Of a stretch of 64,000 nucleotides of DNA, positions 38,801-53,800 are shown piece by piece. The DNA is from Monocercomonoides exilis PA203 (lineage: Eukaryota > Protista > Preaxostyla). Both the position numbers and the translations under genes were made by a program. Every line of letters begins with the position of its first letter. Position 1 is the stretch's first letter. The notes below the pieces were generated by a model, which saw only the letters and a list, made by a program, of their open reading frames with translations, was not told the origin of the DNA and ran no database searches. The stretch lies in the NCBI GenBank assembly GCA_001643675.2, contig LSRY02000023.1, forward strand, positions 930,001 through 994,000, given 5' to 3'.

Positions 38801-41800
38801 TGTTTTCTCTCTCATTTTGTTCCATTCATTCAGGTTTGTCTTCACATACCCTGCCCACTCGTCGTTGAAACTGCGCTGCTGCATCGAATCTGAATGGAAT
38901 GTCTGTGATTGTGATAGAGATTGTGATAAAGATTGAGATTGTGTTGGAATGGGATGGAAGAAGGAAGAAAAAGAAGGAGAAGAAGGAGAAAGAGAAGAAG
39001 AAGTGGAAGAGTATGTTTGAAGAGGAGATGGAGAAATAGAAGGAACAGAAGAAGAAGAAGAAGAAGCAGAAGAAGGCTGCGCTGAATTAACAGTCACCAC
39101 AGCAGATGAGGCAGAAGGAGAGCCTGTCACAAACTCCTCTATTCTCTTTGGAAAAGAGAGAGAAAGCAGCAAAAGCGACGAAAACGAGCCGATTGAGGCG
39201 AAATCACGCAGAAGCAGGAAAAGAGCAGTGAGTCTAACAAAATGAACCTGGTTGGCTGGGACAATGAAAGAAAGCAAAGAAAGCAGGAATGAATGCAGCA
39301 AAGCAAGTGAGGCAGACAAGAAAGGGGTGGGAAGAAGCGAAAGGGAAGCGAAATAAGGCTGAAGGGGCATGGGAGGGAGAGGAGGGAAGAGAGAGGAAAA
39401 ACCAATATCGTCGTATCTTCTTTTCGCTTTTCTTCTCTCTATCTCTGAGTTCAGCCCTTCAAACTCGTCGTTCTCCTGAAGCAAAGAGCTTATTGCATTC
39501 ATCTTCCTGCTGAACCCTCTTGCTCCTCCTTTTGCTTCGTTTCTTCTTCTGTTTCTCTCTTTCCTCAGCTTCCATCGCAAGTCAAGCTCTTCAGACACAC
39601 CAACAACAAGAAGAGTTTTCATTGCAGACAGCAAAACGCGATTGAAATACAACACAGCCATTTTATCGTCACATTCCAGATAGAAATAAGTGAGCCAGGG
39701 GAGTGGGAGTTTGGTGCTGGAGTGAGAAAAGGAAAGAGAAGAAGAAGAAGAAGAGGAGGAGGAAGAGGAAGAGGAAGTGGAAGGAGAAGAAGGAGATGTG
39801 TTAAACAAACCAGGAGAATTCAAACTGTTCAATCCAAAAGTCGATCCATAATGTTTCCCAAACGAAACATGCTGCTGAATCAACTGGAACACACACTCAT
39901 TCAAAAAGAGCGAGGCAGAATTGACTGAAGACGTCAAAAATGACTCTAATTCTCTCATCCACACAACAAACAGAGGATGATTATTGTTCTTACTGCTAAT
40001 ATTGTTATTGATACTATTGCTGCTATTGCTGCTATTGCTATTGTTAACGGCATTGTTGTTGATGTTACTGCCATTTCCATTCTGGATGTAGCTGTCGAAG
40101 AGAAAGTGCATCCAGAGGCGGAGGAGGGAGCCAGCGTTGACAGTGGTGGAGGAAGGAAGGAGAATGGTGTGGGGAGAGAAAGAGGACAAAGCAGGAATAG
40201 CTGAAAGAGTTGGGGTGAGGGTGATGCCAGAAACGAAGCTGCGAGAGAAGGAAGAAGAAGAAGAAGAAGAGAAAGAAGCAGAGGATGAGATGCTGGGAGA
40301 GTAATAAATAGGAGCAGGAGAAGAGGAGGAAGAAAGGGAAGAGGTGGAAGGAGAAGAAGGGATGGGGCCGATGTGTGGGGAGGAGGCACGAAGAAGAGGA
40401 GAAGAATAACCAGAAGAAGAAGAAGAGGAAGAGGAAGAAGAAGAAGAGGAAGAAGAAGAAGAAGGAACAACAATATTAGTGTGGCTGTTGATGAAGAGGG
40501 AGAAAGTGTGTTTGTTGGAAGAGAGGGGAGAAGAGGTGAAAGCTAAAGGAAAGACAGGAATTGGCATTTGGTTGAGAGAAATGGATGATACAGAGGAGGA
40601 GGAGGAAGAAGAAGAAGAAATCAATGATGATGATGCTTCAGATGTTGATGAAGTTTGTATTTCTTCTTTGGATGCAATGTTAGACAAAGTAGAAGATTTT
40701 GCTGTTTCTTTGTTCTTTTTTGATGTATTTTCTGTTTTTGTTTCATTCTCTTTTGTTTCTTGATGTCCAATTGATGACTGTTCCTTTGCTTGATTGTCTG
40801 TATTCACTTCTGAATTCAAATTTCTCTCATTCTCATTCTCTTTCTTTGTAACATCTTTGCTTTCTCCCTTTCCTTCCTTTACTTTCTCCTCTCCTTTTCC
40901 TTCTTCTTCTTCTTCTTCTTCTTCTTCTTCTTCTTCTTCTTCCTCGCTTCCTCCTTCTCTCCAGCACATCAGCGCCATTTTCATTGCGATTCCGAACGAG
41001 ACAAAGAAAGATTGGCTGTTCAGAAAGAGAGAATGAAGAAAAGCTTCGTTGCTTTTGTGGATGTTTGATAGAGTCGAAGGAAGAAGAAGAGATCTTCTTT
41101 GAGAAGAAGAAAGAGGATGATGAAGGAGAGAGAAGAAAGAGGATGAAGAAGAGTGAGAAGAAGGAGAAGGCGAAAGAGAAGGAGAAGAAGAAGGAGAAAG
41201 AGGAAGAGAAAGAGTCGAAGAAGAAAAGGAAGAAGACAACGAAGAAGTAGTTAGTGACATCGAAGACAAAGCAGAAGACGAAAGTGGATTTGAAGAAGAT
41301 GAGGAAGAAGATAGAGAGGAAGGAAACATTGACTGAAAACGAAGATTGGGGGAATTATTCGAAGTGAGTGAAAGAGCGGGAGAGGAAAGATCAGAAAGAT
41401 CATTAGAAGAAGCAAGAGCAGAAGAGGAAGAAGAGGAAGAGGAAGAAGAAGAAGAAGAAAGAGAAGAAGAGGTGCGAGGAAACTGATGTGCCAGTTTGCT
41501 TGGTGAATTGGAAGGAGACAGATTCAAAGAAAGCTTTCGGGCAGGCACAGGGACGAGAGGAGGACGTCTTTCTGTGTAATTGTCTTCATTGTTACCCCTT
41601 TCGTATTCTTCTCTTTCTCTTTCCTTCTCTTTCTCTCTTTCTCCACCTTCTCCTTCTCCTTCATCTTCTGAAGATGAAGCTGACACTGCCTTATCATATG
41701 CAATCTCATTGTATTCCATCTGATTGCTTTTCTCTTCATTTCTCGCTTGTTCTGGCTGCAAAGTCGCAAAAATCACTGGAACATTTGAATTTTCTGTGTT

Positions 41801-44800
41801 ATTGTTCATTTTCTCAGTCATTTCGTTTTCTTTGGAGTCATCAACAGGATAAATACGATCATAGAACAAGAGATATGCACACGTTGTCTTTGCCACTTTA
41901 AACCTTTCCTTTTCTCTCTTCTCTCTTCTTCTTTCCTTTCTCTCCTTTTCTCTCTCCTTCTCTCTTTCTCTTTCTTCTTCTCTCCGATTCCTCTCCTTCT
42001 CCTTCCCTTTCACTTTCACAGAGCCAAAACATTCCTCTTCCAACACACTCACATCCTCCACAACACTCACTTTCTCATCGTCAAACCGGATCCAACGAAA
42101 CGGCGCTTGCTTTTCTTTCACAAGAGAATAATAACGCCCTCCTTCTGCTTCTCCTTCGTGGCATATGATTCCACTCAGACGGAAGAGGAAGCTTTTTCGG
42201 GAGGCAGAAGAAGAAGAAGAAGAAGAAGAAGAAGAAGAAGAAGAAGAAGAGACAGGAATAGCTGTGGCGGAGAGCTTGTGTGGAGTTGAGGAAGCAGAAG
42301 AAATGAGAGAGAATGAAGGAGAAATAGAAAGAGAGGGAGAAGGAGATGGGGAAGGGGAAGGAGATGGAAGGGGAGAGAAAGAAGAAGAAGGATAAGGTGA
42401 AAGAGAAGGAGATGGAGAAGGCGGAAACGAAGGTGAAGAAGGCAAGTCACATTGCATAAGATAATCGCCTCTTCGTTTTGTACTCAGAAATTCATTGTTT
42501 TCTTCTTCATCTTCTTCTGAAAGCATTCCATTTGTTTCAGCAATCTTCTTCTCTTCTGAATAATCCCACATATCCAGCACTTCATCCTCCAGAGGAAACG
42601 CAAATGTGTCAAACAGCTTGTCCCTCGCCATCTTCTTCGGATCTTCCTGGAATCTCTTCAGGTGGAATATAAGTGTGTTGGGCAGTTTTCTGAACAAAGA
42701 ACAGGCAGTTGTTATGTTTTCTGCTTTATCTCTTCTTCCACTTCCATTTCCATTTCCACTTTCTCCTTCTCTTTCTCTTCCACATTGCTGGCATTCAACA
42801 GCATTCTCACCTTTCATCTCTTCTTCTGCGCTCATCGCTCTCAACGACTGAACCAATGATGTGTGATATTTCACTTCAATCGGAAGAATTGTGAATCTCT
42901 TGCTTTGTGTGGTTACGTGCCTCTTCTGCTGGCAATGGGAATAAGTTACCATTTCTCCGCCAAATAGACGCTTGATAAGGTTGTCTGGAAGAGAAAGAGG
43001 AGACAAGAAAGAAGTGGCTAATGACGATGAAGAAGTAGAACGATTCATCGAATTCAGATGAAAACGCGAATTTTTCGACTTTAATGACAGCTTCTTCCCG
43101 CTTTCTCTTTCTTTTTCTGCCTCCAAATACAACTTCTGCTTCTCTTTCTCTTTCTCAACTGCTTTTTCCTGCTTTGCAATGCAATATGCTTCAATATCAT
43201 CAAACAAAACATTCAGAAATTCATCAGCATCTATCTGTTTTGCAGGAGAAAGAAGGCTGCCATCAGAAGAATGGAGAATGGTGAACAAAAAGGAAGGATC
43301 TAAAAACGGGAAATGAGTCTCCTGAAGATGAGCAAACAGAGTTTGGAGAGAATGGAACACAGAAGATGTTTGAGAGGTTGAGATATTCTTGTTGCTATCC
43401 GATGTTAAAGAAGAAGAAGAAGAAGAAGATGATGATGATGATGATAATGAAGATGAAGGCAAAGAAAGAGCAGTTGTGGAAGAAGAAGACAAAGGAGAAG
43501 GTTTCTCAGTCTGACTTGAAGCAAAGATATCAGAGGAGGAAGAAGAAGAAGGCGAAGACGATATTAGAAGAGGAGAAGAAGAGCGAGTGAAGAGGCTTCG
43601 ATGCTTCTCCAATGGTGTTGTAGCTGATATAATCATTTCTCTGTCTTGTTTGTCTCTTTCTCTTCTCTGCACATCCTGGAGAGTGAATGCGAAAAGTGAG
43701 AATCTGAATGGAAGATGCATAAACAGCTGCTGAATAACTGCATTGAAATAGCATGTTGCTCCCAAGTTGACAAGGCCAGCGTAGCCAATGGCCCATCGAT
43801 TGTTGCACATTGGCAAAGAAGGAGAGCGTAAAGAAGAAGGTGAAAGCAAAGAAGAATTTGAAGAAGAATACGATGAAGATGAAGAAGATATGTTATTTTC
43901 CGTTTGTTGCTGATTATTGGAGTTAATTTCATTACCAAATGGATCTGAAGGAGGGATTCCAGTGATGACAGCAAGAAGAGAAGTAGCACTGAAATCAATG
44001 GCCGATTGAGTTGAGGTTGCAAAAATCGAATTTGTGCTGTTATTTTCTTGTGTGAAAGTGGATTTTATCATCTTTTGAAGTTCTTTTTGTGCTCTTTTGA
44101 AAGAGAAGAAATTATTTCCTGGGTCTGAATATGAGCCAATTTCATCTGCATCATCTTCTTCTTTGTTGATGTTGTTATTATCATAGCAATCTTCAATTCC
44201 ACAATGAAACACTTGCTCAAACATCTTGTTGATTTTCTCTTTTGCAATGAAAGCACGTTGAGAATCCGATAAAGAATCAGAGGAAGAGGAAGAAGATGAA
44301 TAGCAAGAAGATATATTGTATTCATTCTGACTCTTCCTTCTGAATTCTAGAATTCTCCCAAACGACTCCACCGATGTGTATCTTTGTGTGTTCTCCTTTT
44401 TCCTAACTTGCGCTTCTTTTTCACTCCAAACAGAATAGTTTTCGCTCAAAAGAGAAGAAAACGAATGACTTCTTGAAAGCGAAGAGGTCGGGGTGGAAGG
44501 AGCAAAAGGCAGCGATGTGGAAGCAGAGCGAGAAAGAGAAGGATAAGTGAAGGAATAATTCTTGTTGTATCTGTCTTTTCTGCTTCTCTGCTCTTCCCTT
44601 TTCTTCCTCGCCACAACATCTTCCTGCACTTTGCGCATCCACTTCAACGCTGAAGAAGGCAGAGTGATGCAAACTGTCGCCTCTCTCCTCTTCTTCATCT
44701 GCAAATCAGCACACAGAGAAATAAACAGCGACAGATTCTGCGAGCTTCCGCGGCACAGACAAAGAAGCAGAATAAACGCAGCATTTCGCGAAGATTCCAT

Positions 44801-47800
44801 TCGACATTGAGGAGAAGAGAAAGAGCGTAGAGATGAATCGAGGGGTGCTGGCTCTGAAAGAGGAGAGGTTTGAAATAGAGAACGCAATGAAAAAGAAGAA
44901 GTTGCTGTTGATGACGAAAAGGATGTTGAAGGAGCATTTGAGAGATAGCGAACTTGGAATGAAGACGGGGCAGAGGAGAAAGAGTTTGGCAGATCAAAAT
45001 TAGAAGATGAATGCGGAGGAAGTCCAATGGACGATCCAAACAAAGGAGAACCTTCCTTTCGTGGAGTGCTGTGAGCACTATCAACTTCATCAGACAAAGC
45101 GGATGACGATGAAGAAGAGGATGAAATCGATGAAAATCTCTTTCTCTCTTTTTCATCTGCGTTTTCTTCAGCATTCCAGCAGTTCTCGTCAGTGGATTTA
45201 TCTTGCGCTTCTTCTTCTTCTTCTGTTCCTTTATCCTTTTGATTGCCTTCTCCAAATACCTCCTTTCTTTTTGTTCTTCTTTTATTTTCAGTATGAATTG
45301 AAGTGCTGTCTTCATCAGCATCAATCTCTGAATCAATTTCTGTGCCTTCTCCTTCATCAGTCGTTCCTCTTCCACTTTCCATCTCGTCTCTTCCATCAAT
45401 CCCATCATTCCCTTCGTTCCCTTCATTCCCTTCGTTCTCCTCTTCACTCATCCATTCTCTGGTGCACACCTCTTCTTCTGGTGGAGACACACTCATCAGC
45501 ATGTGGAAGAAGACATGGGAGATCAGAAAATGAGGAGATGAAACGCCAAGTTCTGTTTTGAACTTTGACGAAAGCTGAGCAAAAGGTGAATGCGATTTGG
45601 AAGAAGAAGCGGTTGTTTTATTTGCTTTCTGTGGAAGATTTGAATTGTCTTGTTGATTCAACAAAGAATTCATTGTAATATTGCTTTTGTCTTCATTCTC
45701 TGTTTTGCTATCCAATCGTTTTGAGTGCAATCCAATTAAATACACAATAAGATGAACAAGACGAATGAGGATGACATCTTTTCCTTCTTTTCTGTTTCGT
45801 ATTGTGTGTCTTTGGAATGACTCGATTGTTGGGCGCTGCTTAATAATGCAGATGAGAATGTCAATAACATCCTCCAAATGAAGAAGAGTTATCTTTTCTT
45901 CCATCTGTTCTTTTTGAATGTTCTGTTTTTCATCATCAGTTTTTCCTTCTTCCTTTGTGATAGCATTGTGTTTCTCACAAGAAATCGTTAAGTCTCTTCT
46001 TTTAACTTCCCATTTTTGAGATGAAAGACTCAGAATATTACGAAAGACAAGGAAGAAAGCATCTGTTTGAGTTGAGGGCTTAATCATATCAAGGTTCTCC
46101 AAGCCAAATAGGAAGATTTGGGTAAGAGGATACAAAAGAGGAGGAAGTGATGAAGAAATTTCAGCTATTGAAGAAGATATTTGTGATTTTCTGTTTATTT
46201 GTTGTTCATCTGTTAAATCAGAATGAAGATGAATTTCTTCATTCATTTTTCCATTCATTTTTTCTTTTTCTTCCATTCGAGTTGCGAATTCACAGATAAC
46301 AGCACCCCATTCAGCTCGAATTCTGCTTGAAACAGGCAAAAATATGAGTGTCAGAATGAAAGGATCAATAAAAGTTGATCCAAACAAAGCAGCAAAGAGA
46401 TTTTCAGATGGATGCTGATTCAATGAAGATGTATCAGCCAATTCTATTTTTGTTCCATTTTCTGTTGAATTGTCCATTTCATTCTCTTTTTCAATTGCAT
46501 TTGTTTCCTCTTCATGATCTTCAATTGAATTCAAGCAGAATGACAAGGAATGCACAAGTGACATGCAAATTAGCACTGCCTCTTCTGCTTCTGGTGTTTG
46601 CACATCAATAGACTCACACATCTGCTGCTGCTTATATGTCTGTTGTGGCAGTTGTTGTTGTATTGGTTTATTTCTTCTTCTTTCTTCTTTGTTTGTTTGA
46701 GAAGCAATGGAAAATGAGGGTGAAGCATCCATAAAAAACGCAGAGGAAATCAAAAGCCCGTTGTTCATTGGAACAACACGTTGAGTCTCTTCTTCGACTT
46801 CTCTCTGTGTTATGATTTGTGTTCCTTCGAATTCGCTCCTGTCTTTTTCTCCTTCCATTTCTCTTTCTCCTTCTCTTTCTCCTTCTCTTTCTTCTCCTTC
46901 TTCTTCAAAAGTATTCCTTGGAGTCAAAATATCTTCTGCAGTTACAGCAGAAGCTGAAGATGCCTGTGTTGAAGACAAATAAGTTTGATACGAATCAGAA
47001 TGCATAGAAGTCATCTGGTTGATCATTCTTGTTATTTCTCCTTCGCTTCGAGGTGGCTGTGAATGCAAAATGTCAATTGGATCAAAAACAACCTTCGAAT
47101 CAGTCAAAACTGGTTTGCTATTGTCATTTTTTCTTTCATTCAATATCTTCTTCTGCCAATCATTCATCATCTTCAAGCAAAGGGAAATGGAAGTGTTGCC
47201 TTTGAATAGCACACCCAGCTCGATCGCTGCTTGGATTGTCTGAGAAACAGAAAAGAGAACACAAAGAGACAAAAGACGGAAGATGAAGGAGACAAGAAAA
47301 GATGAATTGAAAGATGATGATGTTGATGATGTTGAGGAGGAGGAGAAGGAAGAAGAAGAAGAAGATCCATAAGAAGAATGAAGCTGTTTGAGAAGAATAT
47401 TCAATAAGTCCATTCTGATTGATGTCTTCTTCTCTCTTTCATTTCCTAAAAATCCTTCTTTTTCTGCATTTTTTGAGTGAATTGTGGTATTATTGTAGTT
47501 CATACAGTCAAACCCATTCATTATTGATGCTCTTTTCTGAGAAGAAAATGAATGAGGAACGATAAGAATTGAAGAAATGGCACGAATCAATGAAAGAAAG
47601 AGAGAGGAACGAAGAGTTGGCGAAAGAGGAATAAACGGAGGAGCAAATATGGAAGACTCATATAATTGAGAAGAGAAAGAGGAGGTTAAAGAAGAAGAAG
47701 AGGAGGAGGAGGAAGAAGAAGAAGAAAATGAAGAAGGTACATTTGAATTAGAAGACACAGAAGAAGCAGAAGAGGTGCGAGAAAGAAGAGAGGCAGCGCT

Positions 47801-50800
47801 TCCAGAAAAGTCGAAAAGACACAGCACTTTCACCAGAGAAAGAAGCCCTCCATTTTCCACAAACCATTTTGCCCATTCACTTTGAGAGCGGAATGGAAGA
47901 GGAGAAGGAGAAGGAGAAGAGGGAGAAGAGGAAGAAGAAGAAGAAATAATGCAATTTGATGAAGAAGCAGAAGCTGAAGAAGAAGAAGAAGAAGATGATG
48001 ATGATGAATACAAATAACAAGAAACTGAAGCATTTCTTTCTGAGTCAGGAAACAAATTCAATCTGTTCTCTATTGCTCTTAAAGCATAGAGCATTTGGTG
48101 TGGATGATGAATATCAAACAAAGAATTGAAAGTTTGATCGAAATAAATGGAAGGTTGGATTTTGGCTTTCTGAATAACATTCTTCTGCTCTTCTTCATCG
48201 GATATCTCTTCAATTTTCCCTTCTTTTTCATTATTTTCTTCTTTTTCTTCTTTTTCTTTTTCTTTTTCTTTTTCTTTAATTTCTTCTTTTCCTTCTTTTC
48301 CTTCTTTTTCATCTGAATTTTGGTCAAAACGAAGCATCGACTGAACAAAAGAGAGAGTCGGAAGGAAAGAAAGAATGCGCCAAGAAACAGCAGAAATTGC
48401 AGGGGACAAATCAAGTGACCCAAAGAGAAGGGTTTCTAAGGAAAGAGAAGAAGAAGAGGAAGAAGAGGAAGAAGAGGAAGAAGAGGAAGAAGAGGAAGAG
48501 GAAGAAGATGATGATGAAGGGATATTTGTTGATAAGTCAGCTAATTCTTTATCTGCAGTTATTTGTGATGGAGGCGGAAACAATACAGAAGCAGAAGAAT
48601 CTTCAATTTTCTCTGTTTCTTCTCCTTCTCTTCTCATTTCAATCTTCACATTCTCCTTCTTCTCTTCATATTTTCCTTTAAATCCATTTGAAAAGCTATC
48701 AACTTCAACTTCAACAGAAGAGACAAGAGAAGATGGCTGGAGCATCTTTGGCACGGCAGAAAAGGGATAAATAGCAGAAATATGCGAAGAAGAAGGGTTT
48801 TTGTCAGAAAAAGGTGAATAATTGGATTGATTAATTGAAGAAGAAGAGGAGGAAGAAGAAGAAGAAGTGGAAGGTATAAACACGTCGCAATCAAAATGGA
48901 TGATGATTGGCTTTGAAAGAGAAGAATGCGAAAGAGTTGGAGAAACAACAGAAGAAGAATGTTTGTCTTTTGATGATGAAAAAATAGTTGAAAGAGAGGA
49001 AGAAGACGAAGAAGAGTTTAATTTTCTCTTCTTGTCATTCAATTTGGATGAAGAAAAGATAAATCCTCTTTTCAATCCAAAGTTTCCTGCTTTTGTTGTC
49101 TCAATTTCTTCATTGTCTTCTTCGCCTTCTTCGCCTTCTTCTTTTCCATTTCGATAATTACCCTCATCTTTGTAGGCACCTTCTCCTTCTTCTCCTTCTC
49201 CTTCATCGTCTTCTTCTTCTCCATCATCTTCTCCATTTTCATCATCGTCTTCCTCTCCTTCACTTTGATGATTCCCTTCATTTTCATCTGTTTCCTCCAT
49301 TTCTTCTCCAAATTCCTTCCCATTCTCAATCTCCTTCTCCATCTTCTCTTTCTTCTTCTCTTTCTTCTTCTTCCTCTTCCTCTCTTTCTTTGTTTCCACT
49401 CCAACCACATTAAACAAAGAGTTGCTTCTGTTCCTTCGAATTCTGATAAGCTCAGCATTTTCAATAGGAAAAGCAACATCTGCCAAAGATTCCGTCCATC
49501 GGGTGACATCTTTGCCATTCAGAGACAAGCGAAGGAGGGAGAAGGGAATAAGAGGAAGAGTGAAGGAGAAAAGAGAAGAAGAGGAGGAAGAGGAAGAAGA
49601 GACGGAAGAAGAGAAAGAGGAAAGTGAGGATGATGATGATGATGAATATGATATAATTGGTTCAATTGCATCATTCATTGATTTGAGAAGAGGTGTATTT
49701 AAAATAAAGTCATCGACATCTGCTTCAAATGGAATGGAAGGTGGAAGCGATATTTGCGAGAAACCAACTCTGTTATTTTCACCCTCATTTAAATTCTTAT
49801 TGATTTCTTTGATTTCTTTTTCGACTTTGCTTGCTTTGTTATTAATAAGACTTTCTGAAATTTTATTGTTAACTTCACTTTCACAAATTGAATCTTTCAT
49901 TTTAAATTCTTTCAGTTCAATTTCATAATTAGGACATAAAGAAAGCCTTTTAGCAATGCTGTATCGAATGCTCTGAATGCAGTCATTTTCATCACACAGG
50001 AAAATTAAAGTGGATGGATAATTAGATTGGGAATGAGATAAAGAAGAAGAGGAAGAAGAATTTAATGTGGAAGAAGGAGCTGACAGTAAGTTTTGAGAGT
50101 AATTTGATGATGATGATGATGAATTCATTCTCTTTAGCATTTCAGCTTCTTCTTTGCTATGTACATTTATATGCACAACCACCACAATCGTTTTGAAAGG
50201 CCCATGAAGAGAAGAACTAGAATCTTTCCTTCTGAACAATGAAAGTTGATTCTGATGAATACAATTGGCAGAGAAAAGTGTGTTTTGTTGTTGGATGTTT
50301 GAAGATTTGTTGAATAGATCGGAATTTGCATTGTTATTTTGGAAGTTATTAAGAGGATGTGGATGTCTCAATGAAGGATGGATGAAGCTGTTGAAGATGA
50401 TGATGAAATCGAGCAGCATTTTCAGTGCATTCTCCGCTCGAACATACAAAAGAGGAGGGATTTTAGGCAAATATTGAGAAGATGGAGAAGAAGAAGAAGA
50501 AGAAGCAAAAACAGGATTTTCAACTGAATCGGTCTTAAATGAACTTTCATCAATTTTTGTTGAATTTCCATTTTTATTCGTTCTCTCTCTCATTTTCACT
50601 TCCTTCAGTAATGCTGATATTTCCTTCCCCACAAACTTGCACAATTTTGAGGCAGATTCATTGAACTGAATGCAAAACTGGTTGAAAAGAACAGACAAAA
50701 CTTCAACTGGAACAGAAATGCTGCTTGGAATATTCAAAGTTTGTGTTCGGTTGTTTGAAATTGACTGAAAAGAAGAAGATTTCTGTGGGTCTTCTTTTTC

Positions 50801-53800
50801 CTTTGGATTGTTGTTCTCCTGTATTTCACGTTTAGAAACTTCTTTTATCTTCTCTCTCTTCTTTCTTCTTCTTTTCTCGCTTCCTTCTGTTTCTTTCCCT
50901 TCACTGTTCTCCTTTTCTTTCTCTTTCTCCTTCTCCTTCTTTATCTTCTCTATTGCATTCAGTGAGTAATTCCATATCATTGAAATTGTTGGTGTCTTGT
51001 TTGAATCCAGAGCTTGTGATGGAACGATTGGAAGAGACAAATAAGAAGGAAAAGAAAAGAATGGAAGAACTATGCTTGTATTTGTTTCGCTTCCGAATTG
51101 AGCTGAAGGAGAAAGATGTGAAGTTGACAATGAAGAAGAAGATGATGATGATGAAGCAGAAGCAGAAGTTGAATTCGAAAATGAAGAGATTTTCTCTTCT
51201 TTTTCAGAAGAACTATTCGATTCAAGCTGCAATTTTCTCATTTGGCTGCCAATTCTCCTTTCTCCAAGGTGTGTGATGAGCTGATTGATCAGATGAAGAT
51301 TGTCAAATGCATTTGGAACAAGAAAAGACAGTATTGTTTCGCGAGAAAGAGAAGAAATGCATTTTAATTCGTCTTTTGTGGTTGGAAAAGTCGGAGGAAG
51401 AAGAGAAATAGAAGGGAAGATGGTGGTAACACGGGAAGAAGAAGAGGAAGAAGAGGAAGAAGAGGAAAATGAAAAAGATGATGTTGATGGAGTTTGCATT
51501 GTTATCTCCCACATAATTCTTTTTCCTTCGTGTTCAAGTCGTTCCAGCGCAAATATTTCAGAATCTATTTTTTCCAACATTTTCTTCTTTTCCAGTTCAT
51601 CAACTTCATCTTCTTCCTGCTGCTTCTTCTTTCTTTCTTCTTCTTTCTTCTTCTCTTCTCTTCTCTTCTCTTCGTCTTTCTCAAGTTTCTCTCTCATAAT
51701 CACAATCATGTTGTGTATATGAGCCAACTGTTCCTTCTTCTTTTTCGCTTTCTTCATTTTCTCTTCCATCTCTTCCTTTTCATCGCCACTTTCTGTGTTG
51801 CTCTGCTCTTCCTCTTCTTCTTCTTCACTTTCATCATCTTCATCTTCTCCATCTTCATCTTTCTCCTTCTCCTTCTCCTTCTCCTTCTCTTTACCTTTTT
51901 CCTTTTCCTTTTCTGCTTCTTTAACTTCATCCATCATCTTCTTCAGCTTCATTTCCTTTTTCTCCACTTTCACTTTCAATTTGTTCTCTTTCTTTTCCAT
52001 TGAACTTATTCTCGTTTTGATTTCTTTCGTTCTTTCGTCTTTTTCCTTCTTTTCCTTTTCAATCACTTTTTCTTCTGCTTTTCTTGCTTCTTCCTTCTTA
52101 TATCTCTTTTCTGCAAACATTTCCAAAATTTTCCTTCTCAATTTAAGCTTCTCATATTTCATTATTCTGACTTTGTACCAAAGTGTCTGGAACAAAAGAT
52201 AAAGAGGAAGCGAAAGAGACAAAGCTGGCAAAGTTGACTGATGAGCAATTGACAATGTTGTTGTTGTTGTTGTTGTTTGTTGAGTTGATAATGAAGAGGA
52301 AGGAGATGAAGAGGAAGAAGAAGATGATGATGAGGATGAGGATGACGATGAGGATGACGATGAGGATGACGATGAGGATGACGATGAGGATGACGATGAG
52401 GATGACGATGAGGATGAGGATGACGATGACGATGAAAGAGAAAGATCTTTTGGTGAAAAAGTTGGAATAGACAATTGTTTTGAAGATGAAGATAAAGATG
52501 AAAAAGAAGAAAAAGAAGAAGAAGCAAAGATACTTGTGCTATTAGATTCAATTTCGGCATCATCTGAAAACAATGATTCTTCCTTTCGTTTGGATTTTTG
52601 TTCATTTTGCTTGTTTCCTTTGCTTTCTTCTCTTTCTTCTCTTTCTTCTCTTTCTTCACTTTCTTCACTTTCCTCATCATTTTCGCCCAGCATTTTCATC
52701 ACTAATTCATCTGCTTTCAATCTTTTCACAGCAGAAGTGTCGATTCGAGAAACAAGAAAGGCATAAAACTGAGAAAGAACAAAAGGAGCATTGGGAGAGA
52801 AAAAGGAAGAAGAGGAAGAGGAAGAGGAAGAAGGTGATGATAATGTTGAAATGTTGTATGTTTTTGAAGAGTTCCAAAAGAAAGAGCTTAAATGTGACAG
52901 AAGAGGGGAACTGGAGTTTGATAGAAGCTCAGAAGTTGTTGAAGAAAGAGATAAACCAGACAATTTCTGGATCAAAGAAGAAAACTGAGAAGAAGAAGAA
53001 GTCAATGATGAAGTCGATGAAGAGGACGAAATTGAAGAAATTGCATTTTGCAGAGTTTCCTCGTTTGCTGTGTCCAAAAAAGAAGAAGGAGAAAGAGAAG
53101 GAAAGAAAAGCAGGTTGATTAGGAATAGCAAAGAAATCTGTCGCTCATTCGATGTGATTGCATTGTCAACAGTTGTGCGAAAGAAAGAAAGCAAACGAGA
53201 AAGTGTCAAAGAAAAGCATGAGCTTCGGATAAGATGAGACAAAAATGAGAGTCTTATTGCAATGTGTCTGGAATGCGAAAAGACAGAAAAGGACAATCTG
53301 TTAGCTGTCACTGTGATTGGAGAGGAAATTGGCTTAAGCTTGTTTTGAGGGGATGCTTGTCTCAGGGGAGAGGAGCGGGAAGATGGCATTGCAGAATTTG
53401 AGGGAGAATCATTAGCTGAGAGAGGATAAGGCAATGATTGCTTTTCAGACTCAATTGCAATATTTGTTCTTCTGCTTCTTCTTTCTCTTTCTTTCCCTCT
53501 TTCTTTTTCTTTTTCTTTTTCTCTCTCACTTTGCATTGTCAGTTTCTTTGCTGCTTTTTTGTGATACAACTCCATCTCCTTCAATAACAAATCTCCAATT
53601 CCATATTTCTTCTCCAAACAGCACATCATCTCATCAATCGTATTGAAATCATATTCACATTTTGCTTCTTCTTTCTTGTCTTTTGCTTCATCCGCTTTTC
53701 CTTTCTCCTTTTCCTTCTCTTTGTCTTTGTCTTTTCCCTTCCCTTTTCCTTTCCCTTTCTTCCCTTTCATCTTTTCTTTCTTCTCTTCATTCAGAATATA

